64,000 nucleotides of DNA from Eledone cirrhosa (lineage: Eukaryota), in assembly GCA_964016885.1 (NCBI GenBank), contig CAXHJY010000740.1, positions 18,026-82,025 of the forward strand. Direction: 5' to 3'. The notes under the pieces are model-generated. The model did no database searches. It worked only from the letters and a program-made list of their open reading frames with translations, and had not been told where the DNA came from. Positions within the stretch are counted from its first letter, which is position 1. Each line of letters begins with the position of its first letter. Shown piece after piece: positions 15,346-28,194 of the stretch. The translations under genes and the position numbers were made by a program.

Positions 15346-15874
15346 CCAGGACCAGCACTAATGACTACATCCTGCTCACACCACGTTGCCTATAGAACAC
15401 CTTTCTCTTCATGGACATGCAATAGGGTGAAGCATTAACGGCATCGTTCTCTCTGGTTTTGGAGGTCTGGTGAATGACATGGACACTGCCCTTTCCTTCA
15501 GACTTTCCAATTAAAACTTACTCTGACCAAATAAAATAAAATAAAATAAATACAAACAAACATATAATATTTACATCTACAAAGACAATGGATTGGCAGA
15601 ATCGTTAGAGCGTCGGACAAAATGTGCTGTAGTATAAATTACGGTTCTTAACGTTTTAAATTCAAATCCTTTTCATCTTTCCAGCACCGGTATAGACAAT
15701 CCACCCCCGCCACAAAAATATGTGACCTTGTTCCAATGTTAAACATCGATCAGGGCCAATGCTACCATTAGAGGCCAACTAGGTAGTCATCAAAGACGTA
15801 GACCTCAAAGAAGAACCTTACTGAATCTTAAAGGATCATATATTCATACAAATGCGTGCAATTAAATATATAAT

Positions 15875-16031
15875 TGTTTCTACTATTGGCACAAGGCCAG
15901 CAATTACCCAGTGTATTACTGGTACTTTATTTATTCGATCCCGAAAAGATGAAAGGCAAAGTTAACCTCGGCGGGATTTGAACTCAGAATGGCAAGGACC
16001 GTACTCTATGCGTCAAAGCATGGCGTCCAAC
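15875..16031 (-). mobile_element. SINE family A (tRNA-derived, 5'-truncated) with 13-bp TSD
   Basis: Reverse complement of ...CTGAGTTCAAATCCCGCCGAGGTTAAC...GTAGAAACAATTAT; TTAAATATATAAT duplicated at 15862-15874 and 16032-16044. Confidence 0.9.
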
Positions 16032-16502
16032 TTAAATATATAATATTTTTCGGCGATTAACAAATTAATTGCTAAACATCTCTAACGCGCCACAGCAGTA
16101 TTTGGGAAATATCCAAAGAAGTGGAGAAAGATAGTATGTTGTTATAGCATGTCGCATGATTTAACGGTGGTGAGTGTGGACTGTGTAGTAGAAAATGCAG
16201 GCTTAGTCATTTTCTTAGTGTGATTAAAGCAAGAAGTGTAAAAAAAAAAAAAAAAACTACAAAAAAAAACAACAACAAAAAAACAGTTTGTCAGCTTACC
16301 AAACTGTAATTAAAATTATGAAATTTGAGAGACTGGGGCACACAACTGGGTGAAGGGGCAAATACTTTGCTGCTATCCTAAGGCGCTAAATACCAATGCA
16401 CTGGACCAGACATCAATATTTAGATCTATGCTACATTTAGATCGATTTGATTTCCAATCATCAGCTGTAGTATGACAGTAAGATTGGATCCGAACTGGAA
16501 AC

Positions 16503-16830
16503 CATTACGGTCTGAGTTCAAATCCCGCCGAGGTTAACTTTGCCTTTCATCCTTACGGAGTCGATAAAATAAAGTACCAGTAATACACTGGATAATTGCT
16601 GGCCTTGTGCCTAAAGTAGAAACAATTATTTCTACTAAAACGGTGAATGAGCAGTATCGGTAGAGCGTTAGACACCATGCTTTACAGCGTAGAGTTATGG
16701 CCCTTTGCGTTCTGAGTTCAAATCCCGCCGAGGTTAACTTTGCCTTTCATCCTCACGAGGTCGATAAAATAAAGTACCAGTAATGCACTGGGATAATTGC
16801 TGGCCTTGTGCTAAAAGTAGAAACAATTAT
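16503..16830 (+). mobile_element. Two tandem SINE family A copies
   Basis: B-box-like GAGTTCAAATCCC and shared tail GGCCTTGTG(C)CTAAA(A)GTAGAAACAATTAT occur twice; AACAATTATTTCTACTAAAAC is duplicated at both ends of the second copy. Confidence 0.9.
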
Positions 16831-16854
16831 TTCTACTAAAACCATGTAAACACA

Positions 16855-17165
16855 GCGTAGCCGAATGGTTAAGAAGTTTGTTTTGCGACCATTACGTCTC
16901 GGGTTCGATCCCACGGTGTGACATCTTAGGCAAGTATCTTTACCATAACCTCTGGTCGACCCAAACTTTGTGAGTAAAATTGGGTAGACAGAATCTGCGT
17001 GGAAGACTGTCGGGTGCATTATACCTGCATTTCAAATGCCTCGCCTGCTGTCACACGTTGTGTCATGTTGAATCCCCTGAGAATTACGTTACGAGTACAC
17101 GTGTCTGTGTCTGTGGAATTCTAAGCCACTTGCACGTTAATTTCACGAGGAGATTGTTCCGCTGA
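16855..17165 (+). mobile_element. tRNA-headed SINE followed by the 3' part of another SINE family
   Basis: A-box TAGCCGAATGG, B-box GGTTCGATCCC; downstream TGTCACAC...CCCTGAGAA(C/T)TACGT segment recurs at 18620-18690 and 49695-49770. Confidence 0.75.
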
Positions 17166-17379
17166 CAAAATAATAGGCCGGCTCATCGTCGGTGTCGACG
17201 ACGGTCCATTCCAGTTGTTGTAAACGCCAAAATCAATAATGCATAGGTTAAAATTGTCGCCCGAAACCATTGCTTATATTTCGTCTCCTTTAATTGCTCG
17301 TTAATGTTTATACCCCCCCCCTCCTCCTCCAAACTCTGCTGATTGCCACTTCAACTGTCTTCGTTAGAATGAAGTAGGA

Positions 17380-17808
17380 ACAACAACAACAACAACAACA
17401 ATATTAACAGTAATAACAGCAGCAACCATAACAGTAACAACAACAACATCGACACTAATAACAACAACAACAACAGTAACCACAGCATCAACGACAACAG
17501 TAACAACAACAACGACAACATCAACACTAATAACAACAACAACAGTAACCACAACATCAACAACATCCACAACATCAACAACATCGACAACATCAACACT
17601 AATAACCACAACAACAACAGTAACAACAACAACAGTAACAGCAACAACAACAACAGTAACAACAACAACAGTAACAGCAACAACAACAACAGTAACAACA
17701 ACAACAGTAACAACAACAACAACAGTAACAACAGCAGCAGTAACAACAACAGCTGTAACAACATCAGTAACAACAACAGTAACAACAACAACAGTAACAA
17801 CAATACTA
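17380..17808. repeat. Imperfect (ACA)n/(ACAGTA) microsatellite
   Basis: Visible directly; source of the poly-L/poly-V ORFs. Confidence 0.95.
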
Positions 17809-18034
17809 AAATGCAATGTTGCTGAGATAGGATTGGAAGATTGTACGTGCTTATTGACCTAAAATATGCAAAGTAGAATTAATTTAATTGATCTGTAATT
17901 CGATCTCCTCAATAGTACTGGCTTTATTAATCAATTTCTGAAACAGGCGATCTATGTTAAACATTCAAAATGGCGGCTGTTTTGCTCTCTTCAAGAAACA
18001 AACTTTTATACATTTATCAAATTAATATTTTTGA

Positions 18035-18690
18035 CGTGGTTTAGTGGTTGGGTTGTTTGGTTCACGATCGTAAGGTCGTGAGTTTGACTACCAAGACCCT
18101 TTATTTCACGTTACTCCAGTCCATTGTAGCCTTGAGCAGGACACTTTATTTCACGTTACTCCAGTCCATTGTAGCCTTGAGCAGGACACTTTATTTCACG
18201 TTACTCCAGTCCATTGTAGCCTTGAGCAGGACACTTTATTTCACGTTACTCCAGTCCATTGTAGCCTTGAGCAGGACACTTTATTTCACGTTACTCCAGT
18301 CCATTGTAGCCTTGAGCAGGACACTTTATTTCACGTTACTCCAGTCCATTGTATCCTTGAACAAGACACTTTTTTTTCACGTTACTCCAGTCCATTGTAT
18401 CCTTGAACAAGACACTTTATTTCACGTTACTCCAGTCCATTGTATCCTTGAGCAAGACACTTTATTTCACGTTACTCCAGTCCATTGTGTCCTTGAGCAA
18501 GACACTTTATTTTACGTTACTCCAGTCCATTGTGTCCTTGAGCAAGACACTTTATTTTCACATTGCTCCAGCCCACTCAGTTGGCAAAAATGAGTTGTAC
18601 CTATAATTCATAGAACCAGTCTTGTCACACACTGCATCATACGGAATCTCCCTGAGAACTACGTAAAGGGTACATGTGTCTGTGGAATGC
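18035..18690 (+). mobile_element. tRNA-headed SINE containing an internal 45-bp minisatellite (~10 copies, 18099-18572)
   Basis: Head GTGGTTTAGTGG...GTGAGTTTGACT; unit CTTGAGCAGGACACTTTATTTCACGTTACTCCAGTCCATTGTAGC; SINE body resumes at CCACTCAGTTGGCAAAAATGAG. Confidence 0.85.
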
Positions 18691-20096
18691 ATATATATAT
18701 TTATGTACATATATGTGTGTGTATGTCTATGTTTACGTTTGTGCTTGTATTTGTGTTTAAGGTTCGTAATCTAGAAGTTCAACAAAAAGAGATCGATAAA
18801 ATAAGTACCAGACTTGAAAAAAATAAGAGGTCGATAGGATAAGCTAAATCAAAGCAGTGCTCGAGCATGGCCGCACTCTAATGGCTGCAACCGGTAAATG
18901 AATAAAATAAAAGAATATAGTTTGATATATTAGACAGGAATGTAAAATATCGCAGGGTATATCGTTGGATAGTCGTAATATCGTCGGATAGAAATACTTC
19001 ACGGTATTCATTTCGGCTCTCTGAGTTCAAATCTCACCCAGGTCAACTTTGCTTTTCAACTTTCCGAAGTCAATAAAAATAATAATCTACCAGTCCTATA
19101 CTGGAGAGGATTCTTCCTTCCTTCAGCCCTCTTTTTCTGATGGGCTCTATCAGGTTTAAAAGGCCTAAGATAGGTCATGAATCATGACGGAGTCCCTACG
19201 ATTCTATTGGGAGTTTAGGGGGCAACTGACAGTGATAAGTAAAAATCCCTACTTTTATTTATTGCAATAAAAATATATATATGTTATTAAGACAACATAC
19301 TAAATCTAATGATATTTATAAAATAAACAGTTTTCTTTACTGAACAGTTTTCCATTTTTAAATCTGGCTCATAGACAAATTCGAGAGTTTTATTCTTTAA
19401 CAATAAATGATCTCGTTCCCCCAATCCATACTTAATCTATCGATCATTTTCGATTGTTGCTCTGCAGATTTTTCTCATTCAGGTTCTCCTAATATATATT
19501 TCTTTCATTTTCATATTGCAGATGGAAACATTATTGTAAGACCCTGCCCACAGCAAATATTGATTTATATACTATTGCTAGCTCCTACCTTCATCACATC
19601 ATCTTTCTCTCACCCCTTTCTCTATCTATTTCTCACTCATTCTCTGTGTGTGTGTGTGTGTGTACATACACACACACACACACATATATATATATAATTA
19701 CATATATATATAGATAGATGAGATTCTACAAGACTAGAACTGTTTCATTTTTTAGAAATCATCAGGAATCTGGCTTTCCAAAAATAAATGTTGTGGTATT
19801 TATATCTTTTCAGGGGGTAGGAGAGGGTGGGAGGTGGGATGTGTGGAGGTCATTGGTTGAAAGAAAAGGGAATTCATTAAAAGCTGTAGAATATTTCATA
19901 AGAAAAATGGAAAACCAAGGTCTGGCAGAAATCGTCCTTGGTTTTCCATTTTTCTCATGACAGGCGGAATGAACTGGGGCCCAGAACTCAACGAAACTTG
20001 AATACCTGTTTATGTCACTGTTGTAATTATTTATACTAAACTCGTCCTATGGACTAAGTACTCTTACTCTTGGATATTTCCACTTAACTTTTACCT

Positions 20097-20127
<31 letters not shown>

Positions 20128-20141
20128 ATACGACTTTTTTT

Positions 20142-20400
20142 AGAATAGTAATAATAATATTCGAATCGTTTGCAATTATGCAAACAAGCCTCATTTTTAA
20201 AGCCATGTCAGTAGAATGAACCTCTCATTCTTGCTCTTGTGTTGGCATGTAAACAGAACTGCAAGCACTAATGTTTCTGGGTATTACCCTTCATCAGTAT
20301 AGTTCACTGTTCACCTGCCAACTGTCAGAGCTAGAGAACATATATGATTTTTGTAAAATATACAGTGACTGGTCGGCTTGATTTGCATATTAGCAGACTG
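20142..20400 (-). mobile_element. PLE pseudo-LTR-like element with degenerate type I hammerhead (20256-20305)
   Basis: Minus strand GAACTATA-CTGATGA-AGGGTAATACCCA-GAA-ACATTAGTGC-T-TGCAGTTC; flanked by (GT)n and (TA)n; 3' part homologous to the 36660-36860 palindrome. Confidence 0.65.
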
Positions 20401-20410
20401 GCTACTAATT

Positions 20411-20446
<36 letters not shown>

Positions 20447-21016
20447 AATGAGTGAAAAAAAACACGGATCGAGTGTACAGCCGATCCGTGTTATTCTTAA
20501 GTCATTTACTATTATTACTCCAAGAACCGCCTACCTAGGAACTGTCTTGAATCGGCCACCCTAACACCACAACTATTTAAACTTCTTGTTGAGCCAAAGA
20601 ACACCGAAAGTTAAAACTATCCTCGATACAGAGTACTCATAACCCCTACTTGGATTGCCTTAAACCAGGGGTGTGTAACATATTCCATTGGTGGGCCACT
20701 TTTGAACATTGGAAAAACTATTAGGGCCAGTCACTGTCAAAATTATTTAATCTAATGAAAACACAATCAAATGAAAACCATAACGTCTTTCCATAACATG
20801 GAACTGGGAAATTATAACACACACAACCCTATCAGTGAAGCCCTTTAGTATAGGTCAACTAACAGAAAATTGTATAACGGCTACGAAAAAAATTTTTAAT
20901 AAGCCTTCAAAGTAAAAAGTAAAAACGGTCATCGCGGGCAACTCTGAATGGTCTGGAGGGCCTCCCTTGCCTTAAAAGATGCCTCGTTAACTTTATATAT
21001 ATATATATGTAGAGAG

Positions 21017-21155
21017 ATGTGAGAAAAACCACAAACCCTCCATCTCAATTCTACTTTTGAAAAGCAGAACTGCGAAACCGGTAAAGGAACCAAATAAATA
21101 TATATTTTTATAAAAAAAAAGACTCCAGTTGCATTTTCGATTTCATCTTTTTTCC
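21017..21155 (+). mobile_element. Short dispersed repeat family D (second copy at 59788-59932) carrying a hammerhead 3' half
   Basis: Two near-identical copies, both next to (TA)n; GAA-ACCGGT-A followed by AATAAA. Confidence 0.7.
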
Positions 21156-21220
21156 TTATACTTTCACTCGTGTAGGACACCTCGTTTTTTTTTCATTTTG
21201 TAAAAAAACCTCATTTTCTA

Positions 21221-21609
<389 letters not shown>

Positions 21610-21899
21610 ATGGACTCTCCCGTCGTATTTCGACGTATGAGAGTTCGACAGTTTTCGTAGTTCAGTTTTTATGGTTATGCCTTTAAAGCCACTTCAGTCA
21701 AGCTGTTGATTTAGACATCAAGCTAAATTTAGTGCAAATGACCGGATTTTAAGTGGAGCAGGATGGAAGGTCTGGTCGAATCTTGGGGTTAGATCTTAGA
21801 TCACGAAGATGGACTAGACGAGATTTTTAAAAGTTCTTTATACGTTCATGGTAAACAGTTCTCCATTTTCCATGGCCAGCAGCAGTTAGAGCTTCAAAA

Positions 21900-22110
21900 G
21901 AAGTAAGAGTTATGTTCAGATTTAAGATTGCACTTCAGTTTCTCTTTATATCTGAATAATGGTCTGCCTACAGTTATTGCACCATTATGAAGTTGACTGT
22001 ATAATTGTACCTCCGGTGTGCGGTCCTCAGTTATCTGGAGAACATGATCACCCCATCTAAGTTGTGATTGCATCAGAAATGATTCAATTTCACCAATAGT
22101 TGATAGACAA
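21900..22110 (-). pseudogene. RTE-clade LINE ORF C-terminal remnant
   Basis: IESFLMQSQLRWGDHVLQITEDRTPEVQLYSQL...GRPLFRYKEKLKCNLK fits the RTE motif LRWxGHV..R.PK..LY.EL..G.R..GRP..R.KD.LK. Confidence 0.8.
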
Positions 22111-22377
22111 AGATCCCCTTTCTGTCGCAACAACAATTCTTTTTAACTCTTTTAATACCAAATATCCTGAAACCGATCTCAATTCACTGGTATAAAACTA
22201 TCGTATTTGTTTTCAAAGAGTTTATTTAAAAACTATCCACCATCATTTTAAGTAGGAACCTTTGTTGGTTTATGTTAAAACCAAGAGATAAATAAAGAAA
22301 ATACTATTTTCGTAGGGAGTATATTTAATTAGAAATTATATATATTTTTTCAATGAATCCAGAAATTAATATATGTA

Positions 22378-22680
22378 TGTGTTATATGGTCTTGACTGTG
22401 TTAATTGGACGACAAAGTCACTTCAGAAACTCTACATTCCAGAACCACATCATGAGACTGGCAAGTGGACTCAGCGACCGTATCTGTATCAGTGAGCTAC
22501 TCAACATTACCAATTACATCAATTGTCAAATCAAGAGTACTCAAACTATACGGTCATATAAAAAGATCAACTCGTGGTGTGAGTAGGTTATGCCTGGAAG
22601 GAAGGAAGGTTGGCTGGTAAGAGAAGCAGAGGCCAAAGCGATGGCTTGATAATGTCAACTTATGGACTGGACTTGATCTT
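22378..22680 (+). pseudogene. Frameshifted RTE/RTE-X LINE ORF remnant
   Basis: Manual translation across frameshifts: LYGLDCVNW..., KLYGHIKRSTRGVSRLCLEGR, GKRSRG, KRWLDNVNLWTGLD. Confidence 0.75.
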
Positions 22681-22804
22681 TTCTCTTTAAACTCTGCTGT
22701 TGGTGATCGAACTTTGTAGAGAAAAATATCTCATGTTGATGCGCAGTCTGCAACTGGCGAAGTTTAGCGTCGAAGTCGGTAGTAGTAGGTAGTGTTGACT
22801 TACA

Positions 22805-23065
22805 TATGTAATAAAGGGTAAACGATAAAGACCTCCTTTGGGCATAAATGACCATGACTTTTGTACCAAGAAAGTTTCCCTTCGCGGCACAATGTTATTT
22901 AATGCAAGACGAGCAGTTGCCCATGCATACCAGTCACTCTTCTCTATGCCACCGATGTTGTTCAAGGGATAAGCAATGGCCGATACAGCATGGCACCAAT
23001 GAAGCTGCATCTCATTTCTTCAGCTGAGTGAACTGGAACAACTTGAAATAAAGTGTCTTGCTCGA
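22805..23065 (-). mobile_element. SINE fragment (body and core)
   Basis: CTCATTTCTTCAGCTGAGTGAACTGGAACAACTTGAAATAAAGTGTCTTGCTC is the reverse complement of the SINE core at 18530-18600 and recurs at 36262-36320. Confidence 0.7.
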
Positions 23066-23127
23066 GCCCTCTTTGGATTTTAGTCTTCAAATTTATTATT
23101 ATTACTATATATATATATATATATATA

Positions 23128-23320
23128 TAGGAACCAGTAAGACCCCGACGGCTGAGCTCAAGCTGTTTCGACGGCTAATTCTGTCCAGAATTAGCCGTCG
23201 AAACGGCTTGAGCTCAGCCGTCGGGGTCTTACTGGTTCCTATTACCCACTCTACTACCTAAGTATTGAGTACTTTGGTGCGTTATGGTCCACCTGGTTCC
23301 TTACCACATTTCCTTCGTTA
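23128..23320 (+). mobile_element. Fold-back element family B (hammerhead 3' half plus inverted arm) between (TA)n tracts
   Basis: ~57-bp arms centred at ~23183 plus an ~80-bp unique tail; homologous to 33423, 34528 and 59327. Confidence 0.85.
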
Positions 23321-23329
23321 TATATATAT

Positions 23330-23550
23330 ATATTGTTATACTTGGGGAGGCTCATATTTGTGTAATATTGCCAGAATTAATAACAGAACACACTCACTGT
23401 TTGGTTGGTTTTCGCTTCTGTGTCTTTTATATCAGTAATCTAATTTATTCGGTCCTCAACGTTGCCATTGACTGACCAACGGTAAAAAATAATACAGATA
23501 CAATATTTGTTTCGACACACGATTTCATATCAAAAACCTCGCAAAACTAT
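23330..23550 (+). mobile_element. Dispersed repeat family C with partial inverted segment
   Basis: Homologous to 24022-24126 and, in reverse, 35811-35983; bounded by (TA)n. Confidence 0.75.
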
Positions 23551-23757
23551 ATATATGAAGACGGCATATATATGTGTTGGTATGTATATTAAATTTGATA
23601 GTTTGTATAATTTTGTATAATTTTGTACATAGAATTGGCATGCATACTCAACAGATCTAACACATATATGTCCTAGAAACGATCGTTAAATAATGAACTT
23701 TTTTTGTTTAATATAAGGAACTGTTTCATTGTTTTATTCATTATTTTTTTAATATTT

Positions 23758-23794
<37 letters not shown>

Positions 23795-24145
23795 GAGAAG
23801 AAAGAAGAATACTGCGTGGTTTGCACATGGGTTACATATGATAAAATTAGTCCCTCGTCAGTGATTTGCCAACCATCATTGGTATTTCATCGCATTAAAA
23901 ATCATATACCTCAGGTTGGTGCGAGCAATAACTAAAAAAAGCTATTGGGACAAGTAAATCGCGTAAAGCGAGTGAGACAAGTAAACAACATAGAAGGATA
24001 AATATATATATATATATATATTAGTTTTGCGAGGTTTTTGATATGAAATCGTGTGTCGAAACAGATATTGTTATACTTGGGGAGGGTCATATTACAACAA
24101 TAATACCCTCCCCAAGTATAACAATATATATATAGATTCCATGTT

Positions 24146-24211
24146 ATTCTTTCTGACGACTGAAGACAGACATAAATATATCTGTCTTCAAGAAACCACT
24201 GGTAAATGAAT
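24146..24211 (+). ncRNA. Type I hammerhead ribozyme motif
   Basis: ATTCTTT-CTGACGA-C-TGAAGACAGA(loop)TCTGTCTTCA-A-GAA-ACCACTGGT-A-AATGAAT; sits between (TA)n tracts. Confidence 0.7.
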
Positions 24212-24222
24212 TATCTTATGTT

Positions 24223-24295
<73 letters not shown>

Positions 24296-24574
24296 CGTGT
24301 GTGTGATTTATATATGATGTACATATGTGTGTGTGTGTGTGTGCACATGTGCTTGTATATATATATATATATATATACACACACATATATAACGACACTT
24401 TCCACATGTATACACAAGCACCACTGCTGCTAATGTCTCTACTGTCACGAATAAAACAGATTTGTAAGCTATGACCAGCTCCTCGTGGTAATGTAGTAAC
24501 TTCACTTATGATTCACTTGTGTTTCCACGTCTGATAACCACATACGTCATCAATTGCTTCTCGTTAATATTGCT

Positions 24575-24595
24575 TTCATCTCTTCTCCACCACCA

Positions 24596-24628
<33 letters not shown>

Positions 24629-25581
24629 ATCTCTTCTCCACCACCACTCTCTCTGTCTGTCTCTCTTTCATCTCTTCTCCATCACCACTCTCTGCCTCTC
24701 TCTCTTTCATCTCTTCTCTACCACCACTCTCTCTGTCTTTCATCTCTTCTCTACCACCACTCTCTCTGTCTGTCTCTCTCTCTCTCTGTCTTTCATCTCT
24801 TCTCCACCACCACTCTCTCATCTCTTCTCCCTCTCTCTCATCTCTTCTCCACCACCACTCTCTCTCTCTCTCTCATCTCTTCTCCACCACCACTCTCTCT
24901 CTTTCTCTCATCTCTTCTCCACCACCACTCTCTCTCATCTCTTCACCACCACCACTCTCTCTCTCTCTCTCATCTCTTCTCCACCACCACTCTCTCTCTC
25001 TCTCTCATCTCTTCACCACCACCACCACTCTCTCTCTGTCTCTCTCTGTCTCTCTCTCTCTCTCATCTCTTCACCACCACCACTCTCTCTCTCTCTCATC
25101 TCTTCTCCACCACCACTCTCTCTGTTTCCCACTATGCATCTGCCTCTTTCTCTCTCTCCCAGTCTCTCTTTCTGTCTCCCAATCTCTCTCCCACTCTCAT
25201 CTCTCATCTGTCGATCTCTCCTTCTCTGTCTATACTTTTCCTATCCTCTCTACTTTCCCTTCTACACCTATCCGCCACCTGTCTCACACTATCACCTCTC
25301 CATTTTTTTCTATCCTGTCTTTCTCTTTATTTCTTCCTCTCTCTATCCCTATCTTTTCTTTCTTTCTTCTCGTCTTCCTTACCTCCACACCCCGCCACCT
25401 GTCTATTCCTACCTCCTTCCTTGCTCCCCACCTCCGCCACCTGTCTATCCTTACCCCCTTCGTTGCTCACCACTCTTTTTTTCTCTTTGATCTCTCTCTT
25501 ACCGCCGTCTTCTATTTTCACATTCCTTTTTCCCCATTCCCTTTGTCAGTGTTACTCTCTCTCTCTCTCCCTCTTTCTCTA

Positions 25582-25612
<31 letters not shown>

Positions 25613-26155
25613 TTCTCTCTCTCTTTCTCTATATATCTATCTATCTATCTCTCTCTCTCTTTCTTTCTCTATCTCTCTCTTTCGCCATATCTCTTTATAT
25701 CTCTCTTTCTCTCTACTTTCTCCTTCTCCCCTTCTTTCTCTACATACCCCCCCCGCCCCAATCTATCTACCTTTACTCTTCAGTTTTCCTACCTTTCTCC
25801 CTCCGTCTTCCCACCATTTCTCGCGCTCTTTTCTATTATTTTCTCTTATTCGTTTTTTTGGGTAGTTTTAACTTTATTATATAACTTTTTCACTTTTCAG
25901 TAAACTTCCCGTCTGTCACTCTCTGTCAGTCTGTCTCTCTCTCTCTGTCAGTCTGTCTCACTCTCTCTGTCTCTCTCTCTCTGTCGATCTCTCTCTCTCT
26001 CTGTCAGTCTGTCTCTCTTTCTCTCTCTCAGTCTGTCACTCTCTCTATCTCTTTCTCTCTGTCACTCTCTCTGTCTTTCTCTCTCTTTCCCTTTCTTATT
26101 TTCTACTTTTTCTTCGCGTTCATTTTTAAATTTCTCGCCCCCCCCCTCTCTCTCA
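24575..26155. repeat. Polypyrimidine (CT)n / TCTCATCTCTTCTCCACCACCAC low-complexity tract
   Basis: Visible directly. Confidence 0.92.
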
Positions 26156-26206
26156 GCCGTCATCTGGGTATTTATGGCCCTAGGCTAGCTCTAACATGTT
26201 ATGCGC

Positions 26207-26705
26207 CCCACCATACCACCACACCACCACTATACTATCATACCATCACACCACTATGCGACCATACCACTATACCACCGCACCACTATACTATCATACC
26301 ACCACACCACTATACTATCATACCACCACACCACCATACCACCACACCACCATACCACCACACCACTATGCGACCATACCACCACACCACTATACCACCG
26401 TACCACCATACTATCATACCACCACACCACTATACTATCATACCACCACACCACCATACCAGCACACCACCATACCACCACACCACCACACCACCACACC
26501 ACCACACCACTATGCGACCATACCACCACACCACCATACCACCACACCACCATACCAGCACACCACCATACCAGCACACCACCATACCACCACACCAGCA
26601 CACCACCACACCACTATGCGACCATACCACTATACCACCACACCACCACACCACTATACCAGCACACCACCACACCACTATGCGACCATACCACCACACT
26701 CCACA
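26207..26705. repeat. CACCA/TACCA-based imperfect minisatellite
   Basis: Visible directly; source of the His/Pro/Thr ORFs. Confidence 0.92.
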
Positions 26706-26754
26706 ACACAACTGGGAAGCAAACAATGTTTAAAGGTATATTTATTGACATTAC

Positions 26755-27660
26755 GGAGTTGCAGCATAGAGTTACGGCTCTTTACGGTCTAAGTTCAAAT
26801 CCCACCGAGGTTAACTTTGCCTATCATCCTGACGGGGGTCGATAAAATAAAGTACCAGTAATGCACTGGGGTTATTGCTGGCCTTGTACCAAAAATAGAA
26901 ACAATTGTATATTTGAATTTAATCATACAAATGAATATAAAACTGTGATTATTTAAAGTTCAGTAATTGTTTCTACTTTTGGCACAAGGCCAGCAATTAT
27001 CCCAGTGTATTACTGGTACTTTATTTTATCGACCCTGTAAGGATGAAAAGCAAAGTTAACCTCGGCGGGATTTGAACTTAGTTCGTAAAGGGACGTAACT
27101 GTGCTACAAAGCATGGCGCCCGACCCTCTACCGATACTGCGACTCTTTTAGGCGGTTATCTAGTTCACCTGTACAACTCTCCTATATTACCGCTTTTTTT
27201 CCAACGAACGTTCCCTTTGTCTACTATCAACTACACACCCGACAATATTTAAGTTTTCATTCATAATTGTTTCTACTTTAGGCACAAGGCCAGCAATTAC
27301 CCAGTGCATTACTGGTACTTTTCATTCATAAGATCCAATCGTTTGATTTGCTAAACATAGCATTTCAATTTCGCCACAAACACATGCCATTATCCTGAAA
27401 TAAAGACATATTGCATCATATTATTTTACCTGCCGAGGTTAACTTTGCCTTTCATCCTTACGGGGTCGATAAAATAAAGTACCAGTAATGTACTGGGTAA
27501 TTGCTGGCCTTGTACCAAAAGTAGAAACAATTATTTTACCTGAGTTCAAATCCCGTCGAGGTTAACTTTGCCTTTTATCCTTACGGGACCGATAAAATAA
27601 AGTACCAGTAATGCACTGGGATAATTGCTGGCCTTGTGCCAAAAGTAGAAACAATTATAT
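26755..27660. mobile_element. Cluster of five SINE family A copies in both orientations
   Basis: +26760-26908, -26965-27141, -27263-27321, +27431-27533, +27540-27658. Confidence 0.88.
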
Positions 27661-27924
27661 TACAGGTTTTACTCATTAGAATACGGCCATACTGGAACAC
27701 TGCTTTTATTTAGTCGGTCATAGCGATCTCAGTATTTAGTTTTTCAAGTCTAGTACTTATTTTATCGATTCCTATTTGTCGAACCGTTAAGTTACGGGAG
27801 ATAAACAGAGACAATCACAAACATAAAACGTACACACTCACACATACATATATAAACCAGTATTTGTACTGCCTCTTTGGTTATGTTCCTGTCTAAGATT
27901 TAACTACGGGACCATACATACATG

Positions 27925-28194
27925 CAGGGGCCTCGTTTGCCTTAAAAATATGAGAGGGACAAACCAACATTTTTTTATTCTTAAAGGAGCATGTTAGTAT
28001 TGCTTATGATACTTTTCCCGGACCCTATCACATGAGTAAAATTTTACATATTCAAATGAAGTTCAGAATTAAAAAAAAAAAGCTTAAAAGAATTTATTAT
28101 ATCAAATAAACAAAAAATAAAACATAGACGTTTGAAAAAGTGAGGTGGGGGACTTATCCCTGGTACACACACTCTCTCTTAAACAAGGCCCTTG
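27925..28194. mobile_element. Possible hAT-like MITE
   Basis: Imperfect TIR CAGGGGCCTCGTTT / AAACAAGGCCCTTG; TSD not clean. Confidence 0.4.

Noticed and set aside
15350-15530. Minus-strand exon next to the satellite
   Set aside because: Short open frame with no recognisable homology and an ambiguous acceptor
16855-16925. tRNA gene
   Set aside because: A/B boxes are present but there is no convincing cloverleaf and the sequence continues into a SINE body
17968-17978. YY1-like AAAATGGCGGC (a similar motif at ~28730) as a promoter
   Set aside because: Isolated motif with no gene or other support
23810-23870. Further hammerhead on the minus strand (CTGACGAGGG...CCC)
   Set aside because: GAAA core is missing and stems I and III are unconvincing
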